Source: Botryllus schlosseri
Lineage: Eukaryota
NCBI GenBank assembly: GCA_051294905.1
Contig: CM119371.1
Span: 35,032,001-35,096,000, forward strand
DNA length: 64,000 bases
Reading direction: 5' to 3'
Part shown: positions 10,701-25,700 of the stretch, one piece after another
How the letters are laid out: every line of letters begins with the position of its first letter
Numbering within the stretch: the stretch's first letter is position 1
The notes under the pieces: generated by a model
What the model saw: the letters and a program-made list of their open reading frames with translations, nothing else
The model's database searches: none
What the model was told of the DNA's origin: nothing
Position numbers and translations under genes: made by a program

Positions 10701-13700
10701 ACTCGAACTAGACGGTAGAATTGGCTAAAACTCGGTTCGATTATGCTTTGGGACAAGCCTCGACTCCCGCACGTGGTTAAAAGTGGAGCACTTGTCAATA
10801 ATAGAAATATCGGCGTCTTTAATCCGAGAGCTATACGTGTAATTTTGCGAAAGACGTTGGCCAGGTGATGATACTCGCGCAATTTCTCTGAAAAGTAGAG
10901 ATGAAATTCGACTCGAACTAGACGTTAGAATTGGCTAAAACTCGGTTCGGTTATGCTTTGGGACAAGCCTCGACTCCTGTACGTGGTTAAAAGTGGAGCA
11001 CTTGTATATGATAGAAATATCGGCGTCTTTAATCCGAGAGCTATACGTGTAACTTTGCGAAAGACGTTGGCCAGGTGATGATACTCGCGCAATTTCTCTC
11101 AAAAGTAGAGATGAAATTCGACTCGAACTAGACGGTAGAATTGGCTTAAACTCGGTTCGATTATGCTTTGGGACAAGCCTCGACTCCTGAACGTGGTTAA
11201 AAGTGGAGCACTTGTCTATGATAGAAATATCGGCGTCTTTAATCCGAGAGCTATACGTGTAATTTTGCGAAAGACGTTGGTCAGGTGATGATACTCGCGC
11301 AATTTCTCTGAAAAGTAGAGATGAAATTCGACTCGAACTAGACGGTAGAATTGGCTAAAACTCGGTTCGATTATGCTTTGGGACAAGCCTCGACTCCTGC
11401 ACGTGGTTAAAAGTGGAGCACTTGTCAATAATAGAAATATCGGCGTTTTTAATCCGAGAGCTATACGTGTAATTTTGCGAAAGACGTTGGCCAGGTGATG
11501 ATACTTGCGCAATTTCTCTGAAAAGTAGAGATGAAATTCGACTCGAACTAGACGGTAGAATTGGCTAAAACTAGGTTCGATTATGCTTTGGGACAAGACC
11601 CGACTCCTGTACGTGGTTAAAAGTGGAGCACTTGTCTATAATTGAAATATCGGCGTCTTTAATCCGAGAGCTATACGTGTAATTTTGCGAAAGACGTTGG
11701 TCAGGTGATGATACTCGCGCAATTTCTCTGAAAAGTAGAGATGAAATTCGACTTGAACTAGACGGTAGAATTGGCTAAAACTAGGTTCCATTATGCTTTG
11801 GGACAAGACTCGACTCCTGTACGTGGTTAAAAGTGGAGCACATGTATATAATAGAAATATCGGCGTCTTTAATCCGAGAGCTATACGTGTTATTTTGCGA
11901 AAGACGTTGGCCAGGTGATGATACTCGCGGTATTTCTCTGAAAAGTAGAGATGAAATTCGACTCGAACTAGACGGTAGAATTGGCTAAAACTCGGTTCGA
12001 TTATGCTTTGGGACAAGCCTCGACTCCTGTACGTGGTTAAAACTGGAGCACTTGTCTATAATAGAAATATCGGCGTCTTTAATCCGAGAGCTATACGTGT
12101 AATTTTGCGAAAGACGTTGGCCAGGTGATGATACTCGCGCAATTTCTCTGAAAAGTAGAGATGGAATTCGACTCGAACTAGACGGTAGAATTGGCTAAAA
12201 CTCGGTTCGATTATGCTTTGGGACAAGCCTCGACTCCTGAACGTGGTTAAAAGTGGAGCACTTGTCTATGATAGAAATATCGGCGTCTTTAATCCGAGAG
12301 CTATACGTGTAACATTGCGAAAGACGTTGGCCAGGTGATGATACTCGCGCAATTTCTCTGAAAAGTAGAGATGAAATTCAACTCGAACTAGACGTTAGAA
12401 TTGGCTAAAACTCGGTTCGGTTATGCTTTGGGACAAGCCTCGACTCCTGAACTTGGTTAAAAGTGGAGCACTTGTCTATGATAGAAATATCGGCGTCTTT
12501 AATCCGAGAGCTATACGTGTAACTTTGCGAAAGACGTTTGCCAGGTGATGATAATCGCGCAATTTCTCTGAAAAGTAGAGATGAAATTCGACTCGAACTA
12601 GACGGTAGAATTGGCTAGAACTCGGTTCGATTATGCTTTAGGACAAGCCTCGACTCCTGAACATGGTTAAAAGTGGAGCACTTGTCTATGATAGAAATAT
12701 CGGCGTCTTTAATCCGAGAGCTATACGTGTAATTTTGCGAAAGACGTTGGCCAGTTGATGATACTCGCGCAATTTCTCTGAAAAGTAGAGAGGAAATTCG
12801 ACTCGAACTAGACGGTAGAATTGGCTAAAACTAGGTTCGATTATGCTTTAAGACAAGACTCGACTCCTGTACGTGGTTAAAAGTGGAGCACTTGTCTATA
12901 ATAGAAATATCGGCGTCTTTAATCCGAGAGCTATACGTGTAATTTTGCGAAAGACGTTGGCCAGGTGATGATACTCGCGCTATTTCTCTGAAAAGTAGAG
13001 ATGAAATTCGACTCGAACTAGACGGTAGAATTGGCTTAAACTCGGTTCGATTATGCTTTGGGACAAGCCTCGACTCCTGAACGTGGTTAAAAGTGGAGCA
13101 CATGTCAATAATAGAAATATCGGCGTCTTTAATCCGAGAGCTATACGTGTAATTTTGCGAAAGACGTTGGCCAGGTGATGATACTCGCGCAATTTCTCTG
13201 AAAAGTAGAGATGAAATTCGACTCGAACTAGACGGTAGAATTGGCTAAAACTCGGTTCGATTATGCTTTGGGACAAGCCTCGACTCCTGTACGTGGTTAA
13301 AAGTGGAGCACTTGTATATGATAGAAATATCGGCGTCTTTAATCCGAGAGCTATACGTGTAACTTTGCGAAAGACGTTGGCCAGGTGATGATACTCGCGC
13401 AATTTCTCTCAAAAGTAGAGATGAAATTCGACTCGAACTAGACGGTAGAATTGGCTTAAACTCGGTTCGATTATGCTTTGGGACAAGCCTCGACTCCTGA
13501 ACGTGGTTAAAAGTGGAGCACTTGTCTATGATAGAAATATCGGCGTCTTTAATCCGAGAGCTATACGTGTAATTTTGCGAAAGACGTTGGTCAGGTGATG
13601 ATACTCGCGCAATTTCTCTGAAAAGTAGAGATGAAATTCGACTCGAACTAGACGGTAGAATTGGCTAAAACTCGGTTCGATTATGCTTTGGGACAAGCCT

Positions 13701-16700
13701 CGACTCCTGCACGTGGTTAAAAGTGGAGCACTTGTCAATAATAGAAATATCGGCGTTTTTAATCCGAGAGCTATACGTGTAATTTTGCGAAAGACGTTGG
13801 CCAGGTGATGATACTTGCGCAATTTCTCTGAAAAGTAGAGATGAAATTCGACTCGAACTAGACGGTAGAATTGGCTAAAACTAGGTTCGATTATGCTTTG
13901 GGACAAGACCCGACTCCTGTACGTGGTTAAAAGTGGAGCACTTGTCTATAATTGAAATATCGGCGTCTTTAATCCGAGAGCTATACGTGTAATTTTGCGA
14001 AAGACGTTGGTCAGGTGATGATACTCGCGCAATTTCTCTGAAAAGTAGAGATGAAATTCGACTTGAACTAGACGGTAGAATTGGCTAAAACTAGGTTCCA
14101 TTATGCTTTGGGACAAGACTCGACTCCTGTACGTGGTTAAAAGTGGAGCACATGTATATAATAGAAATATCGGCGTCTTTAATCCGAGAGCTATACGTGT
14201 AACTTTGCGAAAGACGTTGGCCAGGTGATGATACTCGCGCAATTTCTCTCAAAAGTAGAGATGAAATTCGACTCGAACTAGACGGTAGAATTGGCTTAAA
14301 CTCGGTTCGATTATGCTTTGGGACAAGCCTCGACTCCTGAACGTGGTTAAAAGTGGAGCACTTGTCTATGATAGAAATATCGGCGTCTTTAATCCGAGAG
14401 CTATACGTGTAATTTTGCGAAAGACGTTGGTCAGGTGATGATACTCGCGCAATTTCTCTGAAAAGTAGAGATGAAATTCGACTCGAACTAGACGGTAGAA
14501 TTGGCTAAAACTCGGTTCGATTATGCTTTGGGACAAGCCTCGACTCCTGCACGTGGTTAAAAGTGGAGCACTTGTCAATAATAGAAATATCGGCGTTTTT
14601 AATCCGAGAGCTATACGTGTAATTTTGCGAAAGACGTTGGCCAGGTGATGATACTTGCGCAATTTCTCTGAAAAGTAGAGATGAAATTCGACTCGAACTA
14701 GACGGTAGAATTGGCTAAAACTAGGTTCGATTATGCTTTGGGACAAGACCCGACTCCTGTACGTGGTTAAAAGTGGAGCACTTGTCTATAATTGAAATAT
14801 CGGCGTCTTTAATCCGAGAGCTATACGTGTAATTTTGCGAAAGACGTTGGTCAGGTGATGATACTCGCGCAATTTCTCTGAAAAGTAGAGATGAAATTCG
14901 ACTTGAACTAGACGGTAGAATTGGCTAAAACTAGGTTCCATTATGCTTTGGGACAAGACTCGACTCCTGTACGTGGTTAAAAGTGGAGCACATGTATATA
15001 ATAGAAATATCGGCGTCTTTAATCCGAGAGCTATACGTGTTATTTTGCGAAAGACGTTGGCCAGGTGATGATACTCGCGGTATTTCTCTGAAAAGTAGAG
15101 ATGAAATTCGACTCGAACTAGACGGTAGAATTGGCTAAAACTCGGTTCGATTATGCTTTGGGACAAGCCTCGACTCCTGTACGTGGTTAAAACTGGAGCA
15201 CTTGTCTATAATAGAAATATCGGCGTCTTTAATCCGAGAGCTATACGTGTAATTTTGCGAAAGACGTTGGCCAGGTGATGATACTCGCGCAATTTCTCTG
15301 AAAAGTAGAGATGGAATTCGACTCGAACTAGACGGTAGAATTGGCTAAAACTCGGTTCGATTATGCTTTGGGACAAGCCTCGACTCCTGAACGTGGTTAA
15401 AAGTGGAGCACTTGTCTATGATAGAAATATCGGCGTCTTTAATCCGAGAGCTATACGTGTAACTTTGCGAAAGACGTTTGCCAGGTGATGATAATCGCGC
15501 AATTTCTCTGAAAAGTAGAGATGAAATTCGACTCGAACTAGACGGTAGAATTGGCTAGAACTCGGTTCGATTATGCTTTAGGACAAGCCTCGACTCCTGA
15601 ACATGGTTAAAAGTGGAGCACTTGTCTATGATAGAAATATCGGCGTCTTTAATCCGAGAGCTATACGTGTAATTTTGCGAAAGACGTTGGCCAGGTGATG
15701 ATACTCGCGCAATTTCTCTGAAAAGTAGAGATGAAATTCAACTCGAACTAGACGTTAGAATTGGCTAAAACTCGGTTCGGTTATGCTTTGGGACAAGCCT
15801 CGACTCCTGAACTTGGTTAAAAGTGGAGCACTTGTCTATGATAGAAATATCGGCGTCTTTAATCCGAGAGCTATACGTGTAACTTTGCGAAAGACGTTTG
15901 CCAGGTGATGATAATCGCGCAATTTCTCTGAAAAGTAGAGATGAAATTCGACTCGAACTAGACGGTAGAATTGGCTAGAACTCGGTTCGATTATGCTTTA
16001 GGACAAGCCTCGACTCCTGAACATGGTTAAAAGTGGAGCACTTGTCTATGATAGAAATATCGGCGTCTTTAATCCGAGAGCTATACGTGTAATTTTGCGA
16101 AAGACGTTGGCCAGTTGATGATACTCGCGCAATTTCTCTGAAAAGTAGAGAGGAAATTCGACTCGAACTAGACGGTAGAATTGGCTAAAACTAGGTTCGA
16201 TTATGCTTTAAGACAAGACTCGACTCCTGTACGTGGTTAAAAGTGGAGCACTTGTCTATAATAGAAATATCGGCGTCTTTAATCCGAGAGCTATACGTGT
16301 AATTTTGCGAAAGACGTTGGCCAGGTGATGATACTCGCGCTATTTCTCTGAAAAGTAGAGATGAAATTCGACTCGAACTAGACGGTAGAATTGGCTTAAA
16401 CTCGGTTCGATTATGCTTTGGGACAAGCCTCGACTCCTGAACGTGGTTAAAAGTGGAGCACATGTCAATAATAGAAATATCGGCGTCTTTAATCCGAGAG
16501 CTATACGTGTAATTTTGCGAAAGACGTTGGCCAGGTGATGATACTCGCGCAATTTCTCTGAAAAGTAGAGATGAAATTCGACTCGAACTAGACGGTAGAA
16601 TTGGCTAAAACTCGGTTCGATTATGCTTTGGGACAAGCCTCGACTCCTGTACGTGGTTAAAAGTGGAGCACTTGTCTATAATAGAAATATCGGCGTCTTT

Positions 16701-19700
16701 AATCCGAGAGCTATACGTGTAATTTTGCGAAAGACGTTGGCCAGGTGATGATACTCGCGCTATTTCTCTGAAAAGTAGAGATGGAATTCGACTCGAACTA
16801 GACGGTAGAATTGGCTAAAACTCGGTTCGATTATGCTTTGGGACAAGCCTCGACTCCTGAACATGGTTAAAAGTGGAGCACTTGTCTATGATAGAAATAT
16901 CGGCGTCTTTAATCCGAGAGCTATACGTGTAATTTTGCGAAAGACGTTGGCCAGTTGATGATACTCGCGCAATTTCTCTGAAAAGTAGAGATGAAATTCG
17001 ACTCGAACTAGACGGTAGAATTGGCTAAAACTAGGTTCGATTATGCTTTAAGACAAGACTCGACTCCTGTACGTGGTTAAAAGTGGAGCACTTGTCTATA
17101 ATAGAAATATCGGCGTCTTTAATCCGAGAGCTATACGTGTAATTTTGCGAAAGACGTTGGCCAGGTGATGATACTCGCGCTATTTCTCTGAAAAGTAGAG
17201 ATGAAATTCGACTCGAACTAGACGGTAGAATTGGCTTAAACTCGGTTCGATTATGCTTTGGGACAAGCCTCGACTCCTGAACGTGGTTAAAAGTCGAGCA
17301 CTTGTCAATAATAGAAATATCGGCGTCTTTAATCCGAGAGCTATACGTGTAATTTTGCGAAAAACGTTGGCCAGGTGATGATACTCGCGCAATTTCTCTG
17401 AAAAGTAGAGATGAAATTCGACTCGAACTAGACGGTAGAATTGGCTAAAACTAGGTTCGATTATGCTTTGGGACAAGACCCGACTCCTGTACGTGGTTAA
17501 AAGTGGAGCACTTGTCTATAATTGAAATATCGGCGTCTTTAATCCGAGAGCTATACATGTAATTTTGCGAAAGACGTTGGCCAGGTGATGATACTCGCGC
17601 TATTTCTCTGAAAAGTAGAGATGGAATTCGACTCGAACTAGACGGTAGAATTGGCTAAAACTCGGTTCGATTATGCTTTGGGACAAGCCTCGACTCCTGA
17701 ACGTGGTTAAAAGTGGAGCACTTGTCTATGATAGAAATATCGGCGTCTTTAATCCGAGAGCTATACGTGTAACATTGCGAAAGACGTTGGCCAGGTGATG
17801 ATACTCGCGCAATTTCTCTGAAAAGTAGAGATGAAATTCGACTCGAACTAGACGTTAGAATTGGCTAAAACTCGGTTCGGTTATGCTTTGGGACAAGCCT
17901 CGACTCCTGAACGTGGTTAAAAGTGGAGCACTTGTCTATGATAGAAATATCGGCGTCTTTAATCCGAGAGCTATACGTGTAACTTTGCGAAAGACGTTTG
18001 CCAGGTGATGATAATCGCGCAATTTCTCTGAAAAGTAGAGATGAAATTCGACTCGAACTAGACGGTAGAATTGGCTAAAACTCGGTTCGATTATGCTTTG
18101 GGACAAGCCTCGACTCCTGAACATGGTTAAAAGTGGAGCACTTGTCTATGATAGAAATATCGGCGTCTTTAATCCGAGAGCTATACGTGTAATTTTGCGA
18201 AAGACGTTGGCCAGTTGATGATACTCGCGCAATTTCTCTGAAAAGTAGAGATGAAATTCGACTCGAACTAGACGGTAGAATTGGCTAAAACTAGGTTCGA
18301 TTATGCTTTAAGACAAGACTCGACTCCTGTACGTGGTTAAAAGTGGAGCACTTGTCTATAATAGAAATATCGGCGTCTTTAATCCGAGAGCTATACGTGT
18401 AATTTTGCGAAAGACGTTGGCCAGGTGATGATACTTGCGCTATTTCTCTGAAAAGTAGAGATGAAATTCGACACGAACTAGACGGTAGAATTGGCTAAAA
18501 CTCGGTTCGATTATGCTTTGGGACAAGCCTCGACTCCTGCACGTGGTTAAAAGTGGAGCACTTGTCAATAATAGAAATATCGGCGTCTTTAATCCGAGGG
18601 TTATACGTGTAATTTTGCGAAAGACGTTGGCCAGGTGATGATACTCGCGCAATTTCTCTGAAAAGTAGAGATGAAATTCGACTCGAACTAGACGTTCGAA
18701 TTGGCTAAAACTCGGTTCGGTTATGCTTTGGGACAAGCCTCGACTCCTGTACGTGGTTAAAAGTGGAGCACTTGTATATGATAGAAATATCAGCGTCTTT
18801 AATCCGAGAGCTATACGTGTAACTTTGCGAAAGACGTTGGCCAGGTGATGATACTCGCGCAATTTCTCTGAAAAGTAGAGATGAAATTCGACTCGAACTA
18901 GACGGTAGAATTGGCTTAAACTCGGTTCGATTATGCTTTGGGACAAGCCTCGACTCCTGAACGTGGTTAAAAGTGGAGCACTTGTCTATGATAGAAATAT
19001 CGGCGTCTTTAATCCGAGAGCTATACGTGTAATTTTGCGAAAGACGTTGGTCAGGTGATGATACTCGCGAAATTTCTCTGAAAAGTAGAGATGAAATTCG
19101 ACTCGAACTAGACGGTAGAATTGGCTAAAACTCGGTTCGATTATGCTTTGGGACAAGCCTCGACTCCTGCACGTGGTTAAAAGTAGAGCACTTGTCAATA
19201 ATAGAAATATCGGCGTCTTTAATCCGAGAGCTATACGTGTAATTTTGCGAAAGACGTTGGCCAGGTGATGATACTCGCGCAATTTCTCTGAAAAGTAGAG
19301 GTTAAATTCGACTCGAACTAGACGGTAGAATTGGCTAAAACTAGGTTCGATTATGCTTTGGGACAAGACCCGACTCCTGTACGTGGTTAAAAGTGGAGCA
19401 CTTGTCTATAATTGAAATATCGGCGTCTTTAATCCGAGAGCTATACGTGTAATTTTGCGAAAGACGTTGGTCAGGTGATGATACTCGCGCAATTTCTCTG
19501 AAAAGTAGAGATGAAATTCGACTTGAACTAGACGGTAGAATTGGTCAAAACTAGGTTCGATTATGCTTTGGGACCAGACTCGACTCCTGTACGTGGTTAA
19601 AAGTGGAGCACATGTATATAATAGAAATATCGGCGTCTTTAATCCGAGAGCTATACGTGTAATTTTGCGAAAGACGTTGGCCTGGTGATGATACTCGCGC

Positions 19701-22700
19701 TATTTCTCTGAAAAGTAGAGATGGAATTCGACTAGAACTAGACGTTAGAATTGGCTAAAACTCGGTTCGGTTATGCTTTGGGACAAGCCTCGACTCCTGC
19801 ACGTGGTTAAAAGTGGAGCACTTGTCAATAATAGAAATATCGGCGTCTTTAATCCGAGAGCTATACGTGTAATTTTGCGAAAGACGTTGGCCAGGTGATG
19901 ATACTCGCGCAATTTCTCTGAAAAGTAGAGATGAAATTCGACTCGAACTAGACGTTAGAATTGGCTAAAACTCGGTTCGGTTATGCTTTGGGACAAGCCT
20001 CGACTCCTGTACGTGGTTAAAAGTGGAGCACTTGTATATGATAGAAATATCGGCGTCTTTAATCCGAGAGCTATACGTGTAACTTTGCGAAAGACGTTGG
20101 CCAGGTGATGATACTCGCGCTATTTCTCTGAAAAGTAGAGATGAAATTCGACTTGAACTAGACGGTAGAATTGGCTAAAACTCGGTTCGATTATGCTTTG
20201 GGACAAGACTCGACTCCTGTACGTGGTTAAAAGTGGAGCACATGTATATAATAGAAATATCGGCGTCTTTAATCCGAGAGCTATACGTGTAATTTTGCGA
20301 AAGACGTTGGCCAGGTGATGATACTCGCGCTATTTCTCTGAAAAGTAGAGATGGAATTCGACTCGAACTAGACGGTAGAATTGGCTAAAACTCGGTTCGA
20401 TTATGCTTTGGGACAAGCCTCGACTCCTGAACGTGGTTAAAAGTGGAGCACTTGTCTATGATAGAAATATCGGCGTCTTTAATCCGAGAGCTATACGTGT
20501 AACATTGCGAAAGACGTTGGCCAGGTGATGATACTCGCGCAATTTCTCTGAAAAGTAGAGATGAAATTCGACTCGAACTAGACGTTAGAATTGGCTAAAA
20601 CTCGGTTCGGTTATGCTTTGGGACAAGCCTCGACTCCTGAACGTGGTTAAAAGTGGAGCACTTGTCTATGATAGAAATATCGGCGTCTTTAATCCGAGAG
20701 CTATACGTGTAACTTTGCGAAAGACGTTTGCCAGGTGATGATAATCGCGCAATTTCTCTGAAAAGTAGAGATGAAATTCGACTCGAACTAGACGGTAGAA
20801 TTGGCTAAAACTCGGTTCGATTATGCTTTGGGACAAGCCTCGACTCCTGAACATGGTTAAAAGTGGAGCACTTGTCTATGATAGAAATATCGGCGTCTTT
20901 AATCCGAGAGCTATACGTGTAATTTTGCGAAAGACGTTGGCCAGTTGATGATACTCGCGCAATTTCTCTGAAAAGTAGAGATGAAATTCGACTCGAACTA
21001 GACGGTAGAATTGGCTAAAACTAGGTTCGATTATGCTTTAAGACAAGACTCGACTCCTGTACGTGGTTAAAAGTGGAGCACTTGTCTATAATAGAAATAT
21101 CGGCGTCTTTAATCCGAGAGCTATACGTGTAATTTTGCGAAAGACGTTGGCCAGGTGATGATACTCGCGCTATTTCTCTGAAAAGTAGAGATGAAATTCG
21201 ACTCGAACTAGACGGTAGAATTGGCTAAAACTCGGTTCGATTATGCTTTGGGACAAGCCTCGACTCCTGCACGTGGTTAAAAGTGGAGCACTTGTCAATA
21301 ATAGAAATATCGGCGTCTTTAATCCGAGGGTTATACGTGTAATTTTGCGAAAGACGTTGGCCAGGTGATGATACTCGCGCAATTTCTCTGAAAAGTAGAG
21401 ATGAAATTCGACTCGAACTAGACGTTCGAATTGGCTAAAACTCGGTTCGGTTATGCTTTGGGACAAGCCTCGACTCCTGTACGTGGTTAAAAGTGGAGCA
21501 CTTGTATATGATAGAAATATCAGCGTCTTTAATCCGAGAGCTATACGTGTAACTTTGCGAAAGACGTTGGCCAGGTGATGATACTCGCGCAATTTCTCTG
21601 AAAAGTAGAGATGAAATTCGACTCGAACTAGACGGTAGAATTGGCTTAAACTCGGTTCGATTATGCTTTGGGACAAGCCTCGACTCCTGAACGTGGTTAA
21701 AAGTGGAGCACTTGTCTATGATAGAAATATCGGCGTCTTTAATCCGAGAGCTATACGTGTAATTTTGCGAAAGACGTTGGTCAGGTGATGATACTCGCGC
21801 AATTTCTCTGAAAAGTAGAGATGAAATTCGACTCGAACTAGACGGTAGAATTGGCTAAAACTCGGTTCGATTATGCTTTGGGACAAGCCTCGACTCCTGC
21901 ACGTGGTTAAAAGTAGAGCTCTTGTCAATAATAGAAATATCGGCGTCTTTAATCCGAGAGCTATACGTGTAATTTTGCGAAAGACGTTGGCCAGGTGATG
22001 ATACTCGCGCAATTTCTCTGAAAAGTAGAGGTTAAATTCGACTCGAACTAGACGGTAGAATTGGCTAAAACTAGGTTCGATTATTCTTTGGGACAAGACC
22101 CGACTCCTGTACGTGGTTAAAAGTGGAGCACTTGTCTATAATTGAAAAATCGGCGTCTTTAATCCGAGAGCTATACGTGTAATTTTGCGAAAGACGTTGG
22201 TCAGGTGATGATACTCGCGCAATTTCTCTGAAAAGTAGAGATGAAATTCGACTTGAACTAGACGTTAGAATTGGCTAAAACTAGGTTCGATTATGCTTTG
22301 GGACCAGACTCGACTCCTGTACGTGGTTAAAAGTGGAGCACATGTATATAATAGAAATATCGGCGTCTTTAATCCGAGAGCTATACGTGTAATTTTGCGA
22401 AAGACGTTGGCCAGGTGATGATACTCGCGCTATTTCTCTGAAAAGTAGAGATGAAATTCGACTCGAACTAGACGGTAGAATTGGCTAAAACTCGGTTCGA
22501 TTATGCTTTGGGACAAGCCTCGACTCCTGCACGTGGTTAAAAGTGGAGCACTTGTCAATAATAGAAATATCGGCGTCTTTAATCCGAGAGCTATACGTGT
22601 AATTTTGCGAAAGACGTTGGCCAGGTGATGATACTCGCGCAATTTCTCTGAAAAGTAGAGATGAAATTCGACTCGAACTAGACGTTAGAATTGGCTAAAA

Positions 22701-25700
22701 CTCGGTTCGGTTATGCTTTGGGACAAGCCTCGACTCCTGTACGTGGTTAAAAGTGGAGCACTTGTATATGATAGAAATATCGGCGTCTTTAATCCGAGAG
22801 CTATACGTGTAACTTTGCGAAAGACGTTGGCCAGGTGATGATACTCGCGCAATTTCTCTGAAAAGTAGAGATGAAATTCGACTCGAACTAGACGGTAGAA
22901 TTGGCTAAAACTAGGTTCGATTATGCTTTGGGACAAGACCCGACTCCTGTACGTGGTTAAAAGTGGAGCACTTGTCTATAATTGAAATATCGGCGTCTTT
23001 AATCCGAGAGCTATACGTGTAATTTTGCGAAAGACGTTGGTCAGGTGATGATACTCGCGCAATTTCTCTGAAAAGTAGAGATGAAATTCGACTTGAACTA
23101 GACGGTAGAATTGGCTAAAACTAGGTTCGATTATGCTTTGGGACAAGACTCGACTCCTGTACGTGGTTAAAAGTGGAGCACATGTATATAATAGAAATAT
23201 CGGCGTCTTTAATCCGAGAGCTATACGTGTAATTTTGCGAAAGACGTTGGCCAGGTGATGATACTCGCGCTATTTCTCTGAAAAGTAGAGATGAAATTCG
23301 ACTCGAACTAAACGGTAGAATTTGCTAAAACTCGGTTCGATTATGATTTGGGACAAGCCTCGACTCCTGTACGTGGTTAAAACTGGAGCACTTGTCTATA
23401 ATAGAAATATCGGCGTCTTTAATCCGAGAGCTATACGTGTAATTTTGCGAAAGACGTTGGCCAGGTGATGATACTCGCGCTATTTCTCTGAAAAGTAGAG
23501 ATGGAATTCGACTCGAACTAGACGGTAGAATTGGCTAAAACTCGGTTCGATTATGCTTTGGGACAAGCCTCGACTCCTGAACGTGGTTAAAAGTGGAGCA
23601 CTTGTCTATGATAGAAATATCGGCGTCTTTAATCCGAGAGCAATACGTGTAACATTGCGAAAGACGTTGGCCAGGTGATGATACTCGCGCTATTTCTCTG
23701 AAAAGTAGAGATGAAATTCGACTCGAACTAGACGTTAGAATTGGCTAAAACTTGGTTCGGTTATGCTTTGGGACAAGCCTCGACTCCTGAACGTGGTTAA
23801 AAGTGGAGCACTTGTCTATGATAGAAATATAGGCGTCTTTAATCCGAGAGCTATACGTGTAACTTTGCGAAAGACGTTTGCCAGGTGATAATAATCGCGC
23901 AATTTCTCTGAAAAGTAGAGATGAAATTCGACTCGAACTAGACGGTAGAATTGGCTAAAACTCGGTTCGATTAAGCTTTGGGACAAGCCTCGACTCCTGA
24001 ACATGGTTAAAAGTGGAGCACTTGTCTATGATAGAAATATCGGCGTCTTTAATCCGAGAGCTATACGTGTAATTTTGCGAAAGACGTTGGCCAGTTGATG
24101 ATACTCGCGCAATTTCTCTGAAAAGTAGAGATGAAATTCGACTCGAACTAGACGGTAGAATTGGCTAAAACTAGGTTCGATTATGCTTTAGGACAAGACT
24201 CGACTCCTGTACGTGGTTAAAAGTGGAGCACTTGTCTATGATAGAAATATCGGCGTCTTTAATCCGAGAGCTATACGTGTAATTTTGCGAAAGACGTTGG
24301 TCAGGTGATGATACTCGCGCAATTTCTCTGAAAAGTAGAGATGAAATTCGACTCGAACTAGACGGTAGAATTGGCTAAAACTCGGTTCGATTATGCTTTG
24401 GGACAAGCCTCGACTCCTGCACGTGGTTAAAAGTAGAGCACTTGTCAATAATAGAAATATCGGCGTCTTTAATCCGAGAGCTATACGTGTAATTTTGCGA
24501 AAGACGTTGGCCAGGTGATGATACTCGCGCAATTTCTCTGAGAAGTAGAGGATAAATTCGACTCGAACTAGACGGTAGAATTGGCTAAAACTCGGTTCGA
24601 TTATGCTCTGGGACAAGCCTCGACTCCTGTACGTGGTTAAAAGTGGAGCACTTGTCTATAATAGAAATATCGGCGTCTTTAATCCGAGAGCTATACGTGT
24701 AATTTTGCGAAAGACGTTGGCCAGGTGATGATACTCGCGCTATTTCTCTGAAAAGTAGAGATGAAATTCGACTCGAACTAGACGGTAGAATTGGCTAAAA
24801 CTCGGTTCGATTATGCTTTGGGACAAGCCTCGACTCCTGCACGTGGTTAAAAGTGGAGCACTTGTCAATAATAGAAATATCGGCGTCTTTAATCCGAGAG
24901 CTATACGTGTAATTTTGCGAAAGACGTTGGCCAGGTGATGATACTCGCGCAATTTCTCTGAAAAGTGGAGATGAAATTCGACTCGAACTAGACGGTAGAA
25001 TTGGCTAAAATTAGGTTCGAATATGCTTTGGGACAAGACTCGACTCCTGTACGTGGTTAAAAGTGGAGCACTTGTATATAATAGAAATATCGGCGTCTTT
25101 AATCCGAGAGCTATACGTGTAATTTTGCGAAAGACGTTGGCCAGGTAATGATACTCGCGCTATTTCTCTGAAAAGTAGAGATGAAATTCGACTCGAACTA
25201 GACGGTAGAATTGGCTAAAACTCGGTTCGATTATGCTTTGGGACAAGCCTCGACTCCTGTACGTGGTTAAAAGTGGAGCACATGTCTATAATAGAAATAT
25301 CGGCGTCTTTAATCCGAGAGCTATACGTGTAATTTTGCGAAAGACGTTGGCCAGGTGATGATACTCGCGCTATTTTTCTGAAAAGTAGAGATGAAATTCG
25401 ACTCGAACTAGACGGTAGAATTGGCTAAAACTCGGTTCGATTATGCTTTGGGACAAGCCTCGACTCCTTCACGTGGTTAAAAGTGGAGCACTTGTCAATA
25501 ATAAAAATATCGGTGTCTTTAATCCGAGAGCTATACGTGTAATTTTGCGAAAGACGTTGGCCAGGTGATGATACTCGCGCTATTTCTCTGAAAAGTAGAG
25601 ATGAAATTCGACTCGAACTAGACGGTAGAATTGGCTAAAACTCGGTTCGATTATGCTTTGGGACAAGCCTCGACTCCGTCACGTGGTTAAAAGTGGAGCA

